The position numbers and the translations under genes are program-made. A model generated the notes under the pieces. It made no database searches. It was not told the origin of the DNA and was given only the letters and a program-made list of their open reading frames with translations. Below are positions 1 to 12,536 of a DNA stretch of 64,000 nt, one piece after another. This DNA is from Octopus vulgaris (lineage: Eukaryota), in the NCBI GenBank assembly GCA_951406725.2, contig OX597815.1, forward strand, positions 193,254,001 through 193,318,000, written 5' to 3'. The stretch's first letter is position 1, and each line of letters begins with the position of its first letter.

Positions 1-39
1 GTCCTACTGCGCCTACGGCAAGGTTTTTTTTTCTTTTTG

Positions 40-110
40 CAATAGCCGCGTGTCGATCAAAGGCTTGTGCGTTGATTAAGTAGATGTAAACTAAAAGAAC
101 CCTGTCATAC
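40..110 (+). mobile_element. Degenerate SINE fragment (internal-microsatellite family)
   Basis: aaggcttgtgcgttgattaagtagatgtaaactaaaagaaccctgtc resembles 52522-52570. Confidence 0.5.
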
Positions 111-112
111 AT

Positions 113-153
<41 letters not shown>

Positions 154-429
154 AACATATGAATATATGTGAGCGTGTGCATGTGTGTATGTCTGTGTAC
201 GCACGCGTTTGTGTATGAGAGAGAGAGAGAGAGAGAGAGAGAGTAAATCTTGAGCGTGTAATCAAATACGCACGCACACAATCACATACATACACACTCA
301 TACACACGAACATGAATTTAAAAAAAACAGGATATTTGCACATGCATATATATGAGTGTACAATAATTAGGTGTATATATTGGGCATGGCTATATATAAA
401 TTATAGTCCGAGAAAATGTTGATGTCATC

Positions 430-1440
430 TGTGTCACCGTCACATTATAGATGAGCCGCCATTATTTGAGAAGTAGAGATCTAGAACATAATTAAACCTT
501 GTTATGTTGAGCAGATTTACTCCATGGATAGTATTTTTGTGAAGTCAGGCAGGGACTCTGCCAGTTTTTTCTCATGTAACGACATTATTATAAGAAGGCA
601 TGCCTCAAGCCACTTGACATTAGGGAGGTTGAAGTCTCCTAGAGAAAATATTTTGATGCTGTCATGTGCTCTATTTTCCATTGATGATTATTTTTCTACA
701 TATCTTCATTTCATTCTGTAAAGGAGCAAACTAGTATATTTATTTTAATGGCGTATCAGTAAGCTTCTTAGCCCTAGGTGCCGGGAAGACACTCGGCAAT
801 AAATGAAAACAAGACTGAAAGAAGAAAATCTAATGATAATAATTATCATTATTACTATAGACTCCAGCACTTGGAGGTACTTTATGAACTCTGAATAGAT
901 AAATGCCAAATGTGATCTCCAAAAGACTTGAGCTCCAAACATGCAAAGCTGTTTGGAACAGAAGACTTGGACTTTTTCTGCATTAAATCGTATGTTGTTT
1001 TCTTCAGCCCATTTAAAGTGGACTTTCTGTGGAAGATTACCATCAATAGGATCCTCGACTACTTGGGCTACTTTTGCATCGTCGTCGTTGCTAGTAAGAG
1101 TGGCTGACTGTGGAACTGAAGCACTTCACTCATAACTAATGTCTCTTTAGAAGCCTCATTGATTACCGAAGCCTGGCTTGTAGATGTTAAGAAGTTATGT
1201 ACTCCTTCTCTACGTTTGCCGACTATGCCGAGTCCTCATAACTTGTGAGATATCATCCCGTGATCAACATTATCAAAGGGTTTGCAAGATCTAAATCCAG
1301 GCATAATGCTGTAAAAGTTGAATACGGTAATTATTCCTGAGCGGAAGCCAAGCTGGGTGTTAGAGAGCAGGTCATTTGTGTTCTAGAACCATGATTAGCT
1401 TCCTCTTCACAATCCTTTACATAACTTCGCTACATGGGCC
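430..1440 (-). mobile_element. Decayed CR1/L2-type LINE reverse transcriptase fragment
   Basis: Minus strand reads roughly LDL/KPFDNVDHGMISHKL*GLGIVGK across a frameshift (RT motif YLDFAKAFDKVDH); many stops. Confidence 0.65.
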
Positions 1441-1740
1441 AGTTTCGATCGGCCTTTGCAAATTACTCTAACTTTTAGGGTTAGAAAATAAGTGTTTTTA
1501 TTTACATTTTTTTTTAGATTTTTTAACTTTATCCCAGATCTCATAGGCACAAAAGACTATTCTATCATCAAGATCATAATCACTCATAATTTTATTAGCT
1601 TCTGACTTAATGGACCTTATGAGATTTTTACTTACTGCTTTCTTCTTTCTTCATTAATTCATGATATTTACGGTGGTATTTTCCTTTGATGAACTAAGTA
1701 ATTTGTGTTTTTTACTTGTTATTTACAAAGAACAATACTT

Positions 1741-2190
1741 TTGCATCGTCATTGTAGCTAGTAAGAGTGACTGGCCGTATAACTGTAGCATTTCACTCGT
1801 AACTAATGTCTCCTTGGAGGCCTCATTGACTACCGATGCCCGGCTTCTATGGTCTAAGAAGTCACGTATCCCTTCTCCCCGTTTGCCGACTATGCCGAGT
1901 CCTCATAGCTTGTGACATATCACCCCATGATCAATATTATCAAAGGGCCAGTATGATCTATAGCCATACATAGGGTTTCAAAAGTTGAGTGCGGTAATCT
2001 ATTCCTGAGCGGAAGCTAAGCTGGGTTTTAGAGAGCTGGTCATTGTCTTCTAGAAACACGATCAGCTTCCTTCTCACAATGCTTCGCTCACATGAGTTTA
2101 TAGAGACGGACCAATAGTTATTAGCACCCATTCTGATTTTTTCTTTTGTGGATGCAATATGTTATGCTTTCCTATAGCTTTCTGGAAGTT
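1741..2190 (-). mobile_element. Second copy of the same LINE RT fragment
   Basis: Aligns by eye to 1073-1440 (cgtttgccgactatgccgagtcctcata identical; attcctgagcggaagc). Confidence 0.65.
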
Positions 2191-2399
2191 CTTTCTCTCC
2201 TGTCAGTTTAAAATGCAGCACAATTCGGTATGTGTGTCTCAGCATTTGTTCTATCAGCAGTCAACTGTGTTTCTGTCTAAGCCATGCATATTGCTTTATT
2301 AAATGTCTCTCAGGTATTGGGTTTTGTGCTGGTGTGATGTTACCAAGTTCCTTGTATTCAGCAATAACATTGGTGTGACATACAGGATGTCAATAACAA

Positions 2400-3270
2400 C
2401 CACTTGTCTGACATATGTAGTGGCACCAGGGGTTGCCACTCTGGATCTTTAACTGTTTATAGTGGTCTGGTGTGCTGGTGTGCAGTTTTTTTCTGCAGTG
2501 TTTAAGGTAACCACGTCAGCTGACTTACAATCTCCTGCACCATACTCTCAAAAGACCGCTGTTCAGCTGCTTGGTTACGTCTACATGTTGTTTTTCTGTA
2601 GAGCAGTGCGTGCAACGGTCGAATATTTCCAAAGTGGAGGCAGTGTGTGTTGTGACCTGGTTTTGTGCCATGAGGGATCTTGATGGAAGTTGACTCCTCA
2701 GAATAATTAGGTAGTGGCAATCAGTCAAGCCATGCTATTATTATAAGACACACGCTTACTGCATCAACTAATTTTAACAGCAAAATCTAGGTATTTGTGA
2801 GCTATGATCAACATCAGATCATATCCAGAAGAACAGATCTTTGATATTCCAGGCATTCTGTTTGACTGTATTTGGATTATATTATCCAATGTGATTTTAT
2901 CCAATATCATTTTAAATGAGAGCATGTTGTAATTTGAGAAATTTGGCTGATATTTCAAACAGGTTCAGTTGTCACCTAGTGGTTGTGGCATAGACAGGTT
3001 AATGTTCCCTCTTGTACTTGATAAGGATTTCGTTGTAGGGATTGAAGAGGAGAAGCAAAACAAAAGGCCCGAAACAAGATCAAACAAGCAGTATGATTGT
3101 GATAGTTGGGATTATGATCCTTATATAAAGGGTCACTTGTAATACTTGTTTGCTCCATGAAGTCTAACAATTACCGTTTCAACTATTTCAACCACATCAG
3201 TCTTGTTTTACTCATCTTTAATATCTCTGCCAACTTACCATTATATATCAGGTTTCTATTAATCCAGTCT
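2400..3270 (-). mobile_element. Old Penelope-like (GIY-YIG) remnant shared by both paralog introns
   Basis: ORF 2525..2728 has CTHCSTEKQHVDVTKQLNSGL, a decayed CxxC..KQYVGETK..L..R GIY-YIG motif; homolog at ~49490-50700. Confidence 0.5.
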
Positions 3271-3277
3271 ACATATA

Positions 3278-3760
3278 TATTTCTTTACTACCCACAAGGG
3301 GCTACACACAGAGGGGACAAACAAGGACAGACAAACGGATTAAGTCGATAATATCGACCTCAGTGCATAACTGGTACTTAATTTATCGACCCCGAAAGGA
3401 TGAGAGGCAAAGTCGACCTCGGCGGAATTTGAACCCAGAACGTAACGGCAGACGAAATACGGCGACGCATTTCGCTCGGCGTGCTAAGGTTTCTGCCAGC
3501 TCGCTGCCTTTAATCCGGTCTACATATATATTTCTTTACTACCCACATGGGGCTAAACATAGAGGGGACAAACAAGGACAGACAGACGGATTAAGTCGAT
3601 TATATCGACCCCATGTGTAACTGGTACTTATTTAATCGACCCCGAAAGGATGAAAGGCAAAGTTGACCTCGGCGGAATTTGAACCCAGAACGTAACGGCA
3701 GACGAAATACGGTTACGCATTTCGCCCAGCGTGCTAACGTTTCTGCCACCTCGCCGCCTT
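3278..3760 (-). mobile_element. Two tandem tRNA-derived SINEs (family S1)
   Basis: Near-identical ~230-nt units 3278-3510 and 3528-3760; B-box-like gggttcaaattcc and gcctttcatcctttcggggtcgat core on minus strand; tcc(a/g)gtctacatata occurs at all three junctions. Confidence 0.9.
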
Positions 3761-4028
3761 TCCAGTCTACATATAATAGCTCTAACACTTCAGTAGCAAT
3801 TAACTAAGAAAAAGCATGACGTTTCGCAGCTTTGATAAAATATCTACTTTTATATGAGCAGCGGTTATGAAACTGACTAATAATATCAGTTCACCACCAC
3901 CACATCTACACCCACTCTGCAAAAATATTGGTGGAATTTGTGGTCACAGTAACACCCCCGCCATGCGTTCCTTTATTAAGAAGAAACAATATTGTTCATC
4001 CATATAATTCTATATAATTGCTGTTGTT

Positions 4029-4240
4029 AAGGCGGTCAGTTGGCAAAATCGATAGCACCTCGGGAAAAATATCTAGCGGTTATTTGTCCGTCTTAACATT
4101 CTGAGTTCAAATCTCTCCAGGACCACTTTACTTTTCATCCTTTAGGGATAGATAGAATAACTACTTGTTTAGTACTGGGGTCGATGTAATTCCCTTAACC
4201 ACTCGCCCAAAATTGCTGGCCTTGTACCAAAATTAGAAAC
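4029..4240 (+). mobile_element. Older S1-related SINE (predates the duplication; homolog ~51178-51520)
   Basis: aaggcggtcagttggcaaaatcgatagcac...ctgagttcaaatc...cttttcatcctttagggatagata. Confidence 0.75.
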
Positions 4241-4302
4241 CAACATATTTGCTGTCGTTGGGTTTTTAAATGTAAACTAACTCTTGTCTTTCTGTCTTCT
4301 AG

Positions 4303-4461
4303 GCAAACTCAATGGCCCGAATGGGAGATATAGCAGGTGCAAACGAAGCAAACGATAAGGCAAGAGAATTCATCAAAATATCAGTTGCTGTTGGTTGTGC
4401 TTGTATTGTGCTTTTAGTCGCCCTGCCTTTTATGATAGGAGCTATTACTAGTCGTTCATAA
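4303..4461 (+). CDS. Last coding exon of a CD225/dispanin (IFITM/PRRT1-like) gene, paralog 1; earlier exons presumably upstream of the window
   Basis: Polypyrimidine tract + AG (ctcttgtctttctgtcttctag) then phase-0 frame ANSMARMGDIAGANEANDKAREFIKISVAVGCACIVLLVALPFMIGAITSRS*. Matches the CD225 pattern A..GD..GA..A...A followed by a C-terminal TM helix; homologous in position and flanks to 51591-51725. Confidence 0.85.
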   Translation, partial: ANSMARMGDIAGANEANDKAREFIKISVAVGCACIVLLVALPFMIGAITSRS

Positions 4462-4875
4462 TAAATTATTCATCTTAAATGATTCATATTAAATGAAGTG
4501 TATTGTTTTTTTTATACATAGTACATTAATTATAATCATACAAATATATCTCAGGCAGAAATTTTTAAATATACTGAGAACTGCAGTCATTAAACGGGAT
4601 ATTTCCTAACAAATGACATAAATTAAAATATTGAACAATGACACATTTTGATCGGTGAATTCTGTGGCTTCAGCCTGATGACAAGAACCCATAAAAAGGG
4701 AAAACTATGAGTGTATAGAGATATTACTGGACCACTTGTACCATTCCTTCTCTCTAATTTTATCACTCACGAAGGCAAGAGGTGATGTTGCTGCATTTTG
4801 CTTTTATCTGAATCTTCTTTTTCATTATAAGAGGAACTATCATATTTGAGAATAATTTTATAAGCGTAATTGTTA

Positions 4876-4881
4876 AATAAA
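4876..4881 (+). terminator. Candidate polyadenylation signal of dispanin paralog 1
   Basis: AATAAA followed by a T/GT-rich tract (ttttaaactctttcctagtttttcaaagtgttg) conserved at ~52986-53020 in paralog 2. Confidence 0.45.
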
Positions 4882-5689
4882 GCAAACTTTTAAACTCTTT
4901 CCTAGTTTTTCAAAGTGTTGACTCAGGTTATTCATTTGAGGGTTTAACGTATATATGAGCGCTTAACTCGGTTTAACATAAATTAGACACTGGATACACA
5001 AAAAGATAAACTGTTATACACATACATTCATAAATATCGCTATACAACGCAACACAATATTTTAGATAATATTAGTAATAAGTGGCTAAAACTGAAATCT
5101 ACATAGAAATATAGACCACAGATGTAGAGGAATATTTGTTTTAGCTTTTATTCATAAATATTTGGGTTAAAATTGGTTTAAAATCTTTCTTGGTATCATG
5201 TCAATGGGACATGGAGATCACTATAAATATACGAATGGAATTTTGCGGACAAGAAAGTAAACCTCTAATGCAGTAAAGCTGTAAGAGCAGCAGGGTTCAC
5301 CTATGATAATAACACGCCGCACAGTCTAACGTAAACACAGGTGGTTGCCTATTTGGAAAACCTCCACGATGCATGCACACGCAGTTATGCACGCACGTGC
5401 TGGAGCGCAATCACATGAGCAAACACTCACGCATTCGCACCTACACACACATACGATCCTACACATTCACTCACAAGACCGATCCGACCACACAGGCAGA
5501 CATATTGAACCGCACACTCGCACCTTATAAAACGGAAAAGAAAATCTTACCAACGGACAACTACTGCATTCGAACCCGCACTCGTCAGATACCGTCAACT
5601 AATGAATCGTATAACAAAATAATGGTCGTTTAATATTTGTAAATACACCAATAAAACAACTTGCATATTCCAGGAGGAGCGGTAGCAGC

Positions 5690-5733
5690 AGTAGTAATAA
5701 CAACAATAACTACTACGACTGATACTGCTGCTG

Positions 5734-5807
<74 letters not shown>

Positions 5808-5810
5808 AAA

Positions 5811-5856
<46 letters not shown>

Positions 5857-5857
5857 A
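5690..5857. repeat. Compound trinucleotide microsatellite (CTA)n/(TAA)n
   Basis: Direct inspection. Confidence 0.9.
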
Positions 5858-5879
5858 CCAAATACTCAAGTGGAAATGC

Positions 5880-6170
5880 ACTAACAAGGAATATGGACAG
5901 ACAGACTTCATCACCCAAGCCTGACCAAACAGCGCCGCCCAGGTGAAATTCTTAAAGGAGACCCTCGCAGTTAATCGTACTTCTGACTTCTGTACTAGTG
6001 AATAAATTATCCTCATTCCCACGTATCTAGAAAAACAGAGAGCGAGGGTGAATATATCTGATGTGCCACCAGAAGTGGTCGTCTGGTGCGTGGTGATCTG
6101 CGGAGATCTGGAGGTAAGTGACATTCTCCAGTAGAATTGCCAGGATAATTGACTAGGAATAGCACTGGAA
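5880..6170 (+). mobile_element. Possible decayed LINE ORF1 fragment
   Basis: Interrupted frame ILIPTYLEKQRARVNISDVPPEV resembles L1/Tx1 ORF1 RRM-like segments; weak. Confidence 0.3.
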
Positions 6171-6172
6171 GT

Positions 6173-6848
6173 GGATCTTTTCCTTTTGAACGGCACTTTT
6201 CGACACAATTTCTAGTTAACTAAACACTTTTAAACTTCGTATACTGGTAGAATGTGTTTATAAAATAACATTTTTTCTTGGCTTTATTGAGAAAATCTAT
6301 AGGTAGTAAGATATTTCGTCTGAAATTTCGAGCATTTCGGCAATTTTAACCAATCGCTGGAGTCCATTTAGGTAAACAACATTCCGTACTGTATGAATAA
6401 GTCCCTCCTTTAAGAAACAGATTGGGTTTATTTACATTTGTGAAGAAAAACGATACCCTTCCCCCACCCCTAACCCTAACCCTAACCCTAACTCTAACCC
6501 TAACTAACCCTAACTCTCACCCTAAATCTAAAATAGATTGAAATGCAATAGATCGATACTAGGGCCATAATTATGGGTGACAATTTCATACGACACCGCT
6601 ACGGAAAATGGGATTTTTTTCTAGCGGTGTTAAATGAAAAAGTCACCCATAATTATGGCCCTAGTATCGATCTATTGCATTTCAATCTATTTTAGATTTA
6701 GGGTTAGGGTTAGGGTTAGGGGTGGGGGAAGGGTATATTTTTTCTTCACAAATGTAAATAAACCCAATCTGTTTCTTAAAGGAGGGACATATTCATACAG
6801 CACGGAATGTTGTTTACCTAAATGGACTCCAGCAATTGGTTAAAAATG
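6173..6848. mobile_element. Head-to-head pair of TTAGGG-containing non-autonomous TIR elements
   Basis: 6173-6608 is the reverse complement of the 25262-25683 family; 6612-6848 is a truncated forward copy; (CCCTAA)n at ~6468-6525 and (TTAGGG)n at ~6698-6721. Confidence 0.8.
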
Positions 6849-6878
6849 TATGTATTATGCATGCATATATGTATGTAT

Positions 6879-7092
6879 GGTGTCAGGACAAAATACCCAG
6901 AGGACAAATTCTCCCCGGACAAATTTTGCACAAAAATATCAACTAAAAATTATTTTGCATATTTTTTTTATATAAAGTTTCATTTTCCTAAAACATCTTT
7001 AATGTAAAGAAAGAAATATATCTCAGGGGATGTTTGGCTGGGAGGGTATTTTGTCCGGAGGTATGTTATCTGGTGGGATTTTGTGGCATCCC
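6879..7092. mobile_element. MITE-like element with repeated GGACAAAAT subterminal motifs (further fragment ~7309-7375)
   Basis: ggacaaaataccc, ggacaaattctccc, ggacaaatttt on the left; inverted gggtattttgtcc and gggattttgtgg on the right. Confidence 0.55.
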
Positions 7093-7639
7093 TCTCGAAG
7101 TCTTTTCTCCGGAGTACTGAGATTTCCACACACTATATCTCGGAACTCAGGGCTGGATATTAAAAATCTGAATACAGCAATGCAGGGCCGTGTAGTGTGG
7201 AAAGAGATTGTCAATGGAGTTCCGACCAGCCATGGGTTGGTCGAAGGATGATGATCATAAGTACTTAGTGACCTAAAAATTCACTTAGTACTTAGGCTCC
7301 CATGCTTGACATCCCCGGACAAAAGCCTTCCAGACAAAATATCCCGGACAAAATACCCTGCCAGTCAATATCCCGATAACGGAAGAAAGCGCTAAAAGTG
7401 TAAATAAAATGTAAATAATAAAAGAATATATATAAGCGTCTAACATTCTGAATCTCTTTTTAATCTAAATATACAATATCTGTACATCACATCAAAAACT
7501 CCCTCTCCCTCCCCCCCCCCTCTCTCTCTCTCTCTCTCTTACACTTTCTCTCTATACACACACACACAAACAAACACGCATATATATATTATATATATAT
7601 GCATATCTATATATAAATCTATATGCATACATATATACA

Positions 7640-8045
7640 TTTTCAAAATAGGATAAAGTCTTTATAAGAATTTATCAATTAGTCACCGGAAAAAAACCTT
7701 ATAAGGGAAAAATTATTAATTATTCTCTTTAAATATATGTATTTATATTAAGGGCATTACTATACATAAATGCCTCACGCTACGAGGGACTCTTAGTGTC
7801 AAAACTACCATAATAAACAAACTGTACCGAACACAAGGGAATGCACTGACGATTAAAAAGTGCATTTTGTGCACTAATTATGAAATCATATGATCTGTGG
7901 CTGAATCTGTTTTTAAGGAGCTCGCTTCGAGAGTTGCATTCCCTTGCGTTCGGTACATTTTGTTTATTATGGTAGTTTTGTCTTTAAGAGTCCTACGTTG
8001 CGTGAGGCATTTATGTATAGTAATGCCCTTAATATAAATAAATAC
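7640..8045. mobile_element. Penelope-like pLTR remnant forming a ~105-bp-arm inverted repeat around a hammerhead motif
   Basis: Arms ~7738-7845 and ~7935-8043; loop has CTGACGA...GAAATCATATGATC; flanked by (TA)n-rich tracts. Confidence 0.6.
7842..7899 (+). ncRNA. Hammerhead ribozyme-like motif (type I, palindromic stem III)
   Basis: CUGACGA 7846-52; stem II AGUGCA/UGCACU; GAAA 7882-85; AUCAUAUGAU palindrome; AUC site; stem I weak. Confidence 0.55.
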
Positions 8046-8059
8046 ACACGCTCACACAC

Positions 8060-8117
8060 ACATATATACATATATACATACATACATACATACGTACATA
8101 TATATATACATATACAG

Positions 8118-8197
<80 letters not shown>
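8060..8197. repeat. (TA)n/(TACA)n microsatellite
   Basis: Direct inspection. Confidence 0.9.
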
Positions 8198-8201
<4 letters not shown>

Positions 8202-8335
8202 CTTTTACCATATATGAGTTACAAATACTGTTGTTTGTGGCGACTTACTTTTGTAGTAATAGATATAGTAGCCCTTTGACTGCTATTTCTAATATTTTCG
8301 GTATGTGGTTTAAGCAACTTCTGGCAAAAAACCCT

Positions 8336-8372
<37 letters not shown>

Positions 8373-8800
8373 CTTCATTTATCGAAATATGGTTCGCAAC
8401 TTCATGATCAATGTCAAATTATTTTCTCAATTATTAGCACCTTGTCATCTTACGTCATTCCTATTCGTCTTCTATCGAGTTCCATAGTTCCTGAAGTGTG
8501 ATACGTACTGTAGAGGACTTTGTCTTCGACATTTAGTTGCTATATCTTGCAAACTGAGCAACTGCGTAGATACTCCCACGTCTGAGTGAGAAGATGCCTC
8601 GTTGAATTGTTGGAAATTAAATGATCTAGTGACGTTAGCAAGTTTTTAATTAACAATCTTTTAAAGGATTTTGGCGTCTGTGTGCGTGTGGGTGGGGTTA
8701 CTTGTAGATCACCACTGCTTTCTTTGAACGGAAGATATAATTTAATCTTTCATCTTTTATTTCAGACTGAGGTCTGCAGGGGATACAAACACTAAAAAAG

Positions 8801-9038
8801 ATACATACATACACACATGCATATATACAAACATACATACATACATACATACATACATACATACATACATACATACATACATACATGCATGCATACATAC
8901 ATGCATACATGCATACATACATACATGCATACATACATACATACATACATATACACATACATACATACATACGTCCGTACGTACGTTCATACATACGTAC
9001 ATACATACATACATACGTACGTACGTACGTACATACAT
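8801..9038. repeat. (CATA)n microsatellite
   Basis: Direct inspection. Confidence 0.9.
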
Positions 9039-9149
9039 AGACTGCTCTTTTGTGGATTACTTAAAACATTATGCAAAGAATATGCATGAGATGAAAAAGA
9101 GCCTTCCCCTACTTACATCATTCTCAAAGGAAGTATTGTTAGAGCTTGG

Positions 9150-9470
9150 TCAGAATAAATGTTATTATACGGTTGTGAAAAGGTGAAAAACTATAAACCA
9201 GATTAGTAACCTCTCCATAAATGATCTGATTGTTTCCCCAATATCTAACAAGGAATGTTACAGGTGGTTAGGCGTGGATGGAAACATATCTTACAATGGC
9301 ACCTGTAACAAGACACGTACCACTAAAGTATATTACAGCCGAATGAAGAAAATAGGGACCTCAGAACTCTCTGCATAAAATAAATCAGTTACCGCCTGAA
9401 TGCCAATCTTGGGGAATTAGGCTTCTCAAAACCAGAAAGGAGAAGGCTAATTCGGAGACAACAGATCCAG
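9150..9470 (+). mobile_element. Decayed R4/Dong-type LINE RT fragment
   Basis: YRWLGVDGNISYNGTCNKTRTTKVYYSRMKKIGTSELSA*NK parallels YKYLGI..KEYYRRVR.ILK.ELNA.NK of the younger copies. Confidence 0.5.
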
Positions 9471-9489
9471 GAGCAATTTTTAATTCTCT

Positions 9490-9720
9490 TTTACTCTTTT
9501 ACTCTCTTTTACTCTTTTACTCTTTTACTTGTTTCAGTCATTTGACTGCGGTCATGCTGGAGCACCGCCTTTAGTCGAGCAAATCGACCCCGGGACTTAT
9601 TCTTTGTAAGCCCAGTACTTATTCTATCGGTCTCTTTTGCCGAACCGCTAAGTGACGGGGACGTAAACACACCAGCATCGGTTGTCAAGCAATGCTAGGA
9701 GGACAAACACAGACACACAA

Positions 9721-9760
<40 letters not shown>

Positions 9761-9931
9761 ATATATACGACAGGCTTCTTTCAGTTTCCGTCTACCAAAT
9801 CCACTCACAAGGCATTGGTCGACCCGGGGCTATAGCAGAAGACACTTGCCCAAGATGCCACGCAGTGGGACTGAACCCGGAACCATGTGGTTTGTAAGCA
9901 AGCTACTTACCACACAGCCACTCCTGCGCCT
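9490..9931 (-). mobile_element. Full-length tRNA-derived SINE with internal (TA)/(CA) microsatellite (family S2)
   Basis: Minus-strand head aggcgcaggagtggctgtgtggtaag (A box) and gggttcagtccc (B box), ttgggcaagtgtc core, (gagtaaaa)n tail. Confidence 0.9.
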
Positions 9932-10689
9932 ATATATTTCTGTTCAGAGGTATAATATCTAACACTATTATGATTATCTTGAGCATCTAAAATGCAGTTT
10001 GAACACTTATTGCCAGGCTCCAAACAAGCGTAATACTGAAACGAGCGAAGGAGCCATGATAAAAACTTACTCCTCTATTTACACATACACGCATTCACAC
10101 ACATATATTTTAAGTACAATACAGAGAAAATGTGTTTGGACATTAGTTTGTAAATAAATAAACATGCATACACTTAGAAAAAATAAAATAAATAATGACA
10201 GGATGAAGCAGCTGACCTCCCTTGTTCGAAGGTTTATAATGGACGCAGTTTGTGTGTCAAATAGCTAGCTTAAGGCGATGGCCTCATGGAGCTAATCAGC
10301 GACAGCTTTAGTCCTATATTTATAAGACTGCCATATTAGTATGGCGATAACTATTAATTTCCAGTAACGCTGTCGTAATCTCCTTTAGAGAGACTTAGTA
10401 ATTTTAATATTTCTATAATTTAATATCAATTTACATATAAATCTCGTGCATGAAACAACGACTTCAGTACAGAAAGGAAACGAATAGCTCAACTGGTTTT
10501 GCTGCCCATGAGAAATATTTACTTCGTTCAATACAGATAGAAACTTAGGATGAGAGGTAGGAAGAGAGAGTTTTTGGCTACTAATATGGACAATGCAATA
10601 AGTAATACATACACGGATGTAAATATAGTTGACCAATAAAAAACATTTGCTTTAGAAATACACACACTAATACATACACATATGCAAAC

Positions 10690-10725
<36 letters not shown>

Positions 10726-10935
10726 ATATATGTATATATATAAATAGATGAGTGTATTTTACCTTGTTAACAATTAACACGGATAAATGAATGAATAGTT
10801 ACCAGGGCAGCAAAAATCTCACAAGTAAAGATGTTGTAACTCCTTGTTTATAAAGGTTGAAACTTCGTGTTTACGTTGAATATTTGAATAATATGAATAA
10901 AAAATGGAGTTAACGCAGGTTTAAACAAGTATTTT

Positions 10936-11022
10936 ACTTTCTACATATGTTTCAAAAATTCCACAGATACTTATTCAAAAGAATAAAAGGTATAAACAAT
11001 GCAATCTTCTCTTCGGGAAAGT
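10936..11022 (-). ncRNA. Hammerhead-like motif in inverted pLTR (CCGAAGA variant core)
   Basis: ACUUUC-CCGAAGA-long stem II-GAAA-CAUAUG-UA-GAAAGU. Confidence 0.6.
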
Positions 11023-12449
11023 GAAAAAACGAAACTTGTCAATACGACATTTTAGCAAAAAATGATGGATTCGTATAGCGATAGACAGAACGCTATTAAT
11101 ATCGTTTAAAAAAACGTTATATGATATAACGTCATAAGTAGCTAACAGTACTTCCCATATCATAAACCGTTGACCAATCTTAAGTACATTAGCAAATTTA
11201 GTAATCATCCTGGAGCAATTACTAAGAATTTAGTTAAGAATATTTCATTTAGATTATCTAAATTATCTGCTAATGTTGATATTTTCAATAATAACGCTGA
11301 ATTCTATAACTCTGCCTTAATCAAAGCAGGTTATACAGAGAAAATTTTCTACATTGATTCTGCTCAGTCTAATTGTAAATTCAATAATGTAGATAAGATT
11401 TCTAGTCGTAAAAGAATTATTGATAACAAACATAACTTACGCACCGATACAAAGCGAATGAAGGCAGATAACCGTTATTTATTTCCCTATTACCGATCTA
11501 AAAGTAAATATAACACCTTCAAAAGTAATTACGCTATGAATACTAGTAAAAATATTTGGTTAATAATTCCTTACGGGAGACAAATTAAATCTAATCTCCC
11601 ACTGCTGTTTCGTCAAGCTATTGCTAGGAATTTTCCAAATAATTCTAGATATTACTCTATAATTAATTCACATAAGGTTAGGATAGGTTTTCAAACACAA
11701 AAAATCTCTTGCAAATTATATCTTCTCATAATAACAAACTGTTAAATATTAATACATTTACTAATACTAACATTAATTTAGCTACTACCATCCAACCCTC
11801 TAGAAATATTAATAACAAGGTTATTGTATCTGAAGTCAATCCCAATAGAATTAAATTTATGTCAAGTAACTCTAAGATTAAAAATTCTATATACCAGTGT
11901 ATAATCAGTACTCGTAATAAAGTACGATTTTACATTGGAAGCACATCGTTAGAGTTATCTAAGAGAATTTCTATCCATTACTCAACATTTAGGGATAGAA
12001 ATAAATGGAATAGTACCGGTCTCAGCAAACTGATTTGGGATTTAAAAGACCACAATGAACAATTTCATTTAGAATGGTTGATCCTCTCAATTTCGATACC
12101 ATATGACAAAGGCAAGAAATTCTGTCTTCTCTGCAATTCTGAGCTATTTTTCATTATTTTTTCTAAAAATACTCTAGTAAGCACGGTTATAGAACGAGCA
12201 TACAGATGTAAGCATTGGCAGAAACATACTTTTAGTGCATATAAGTAGTCTCTATCATTATATATAGTTTAGACTTTAATTTCCTTTATATTTAACATTC
12301 ACTATTAATATCCCTACTCTTTCTGTTAGCTACTTATGACGTTATATCATATAACGTTTTTTTAAACGATATTAATAGCGTTCTGTCTATCGCTATACGA
12401 ATCCATCATTTTTTTGCTAAAATGTCGTATTGGCAAGTTTCGTTTTTTC

Positions 12450-12536
12450 ACTTTCCCGAAGAGAAGATTGCATTGTTTATACCTTTTATTCTTTTGAATA
12501 AGTATCTGTGGAATTTTTGAAACGTATGTAGAAAGT
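12450..12536 (+). ncRNA. Hammerhead-like motif in 3' pLTR (CCGAAGA variant core)
   Basis: Stem I ACUUUC/GAAAGU; stem II includes UUAUUC/GAAUAA; GAAA-CGUAUG-UA. Confidence 0.6.

Larger units (their letters stand above)
2400..5070 (+). repeat. Segmental duplication, copy 1 (homologous to ~49490-53150)
   Basis: Collinear shared blocks such as ggttgcc.c.ctggatctttaa, gaatatttccaaagtggag, gaggagaagcaaaacaaaaggcc, ttagacact; includes last intron, last exon and 3' flank. Confidence 0.85.

Noticed and set aside
1-4300. Exon 3 of dispanin paralog 1
   Set aside because: Looked for a C-x-P-x-G-x-x-A..K|GT exon and found none; presumably upstream of the window.
4675-4710. CTGATGA in paralog 1 3' UTR as a hammerhead
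   Set aside because: No stem II directly joining CUGAUGA to GAAA, and no stems I/III.
6468-6721. Chromosome end or telomere fusion
   Set aside because: Tracts are short and internal to a dispersed TIR element also found at 25262.
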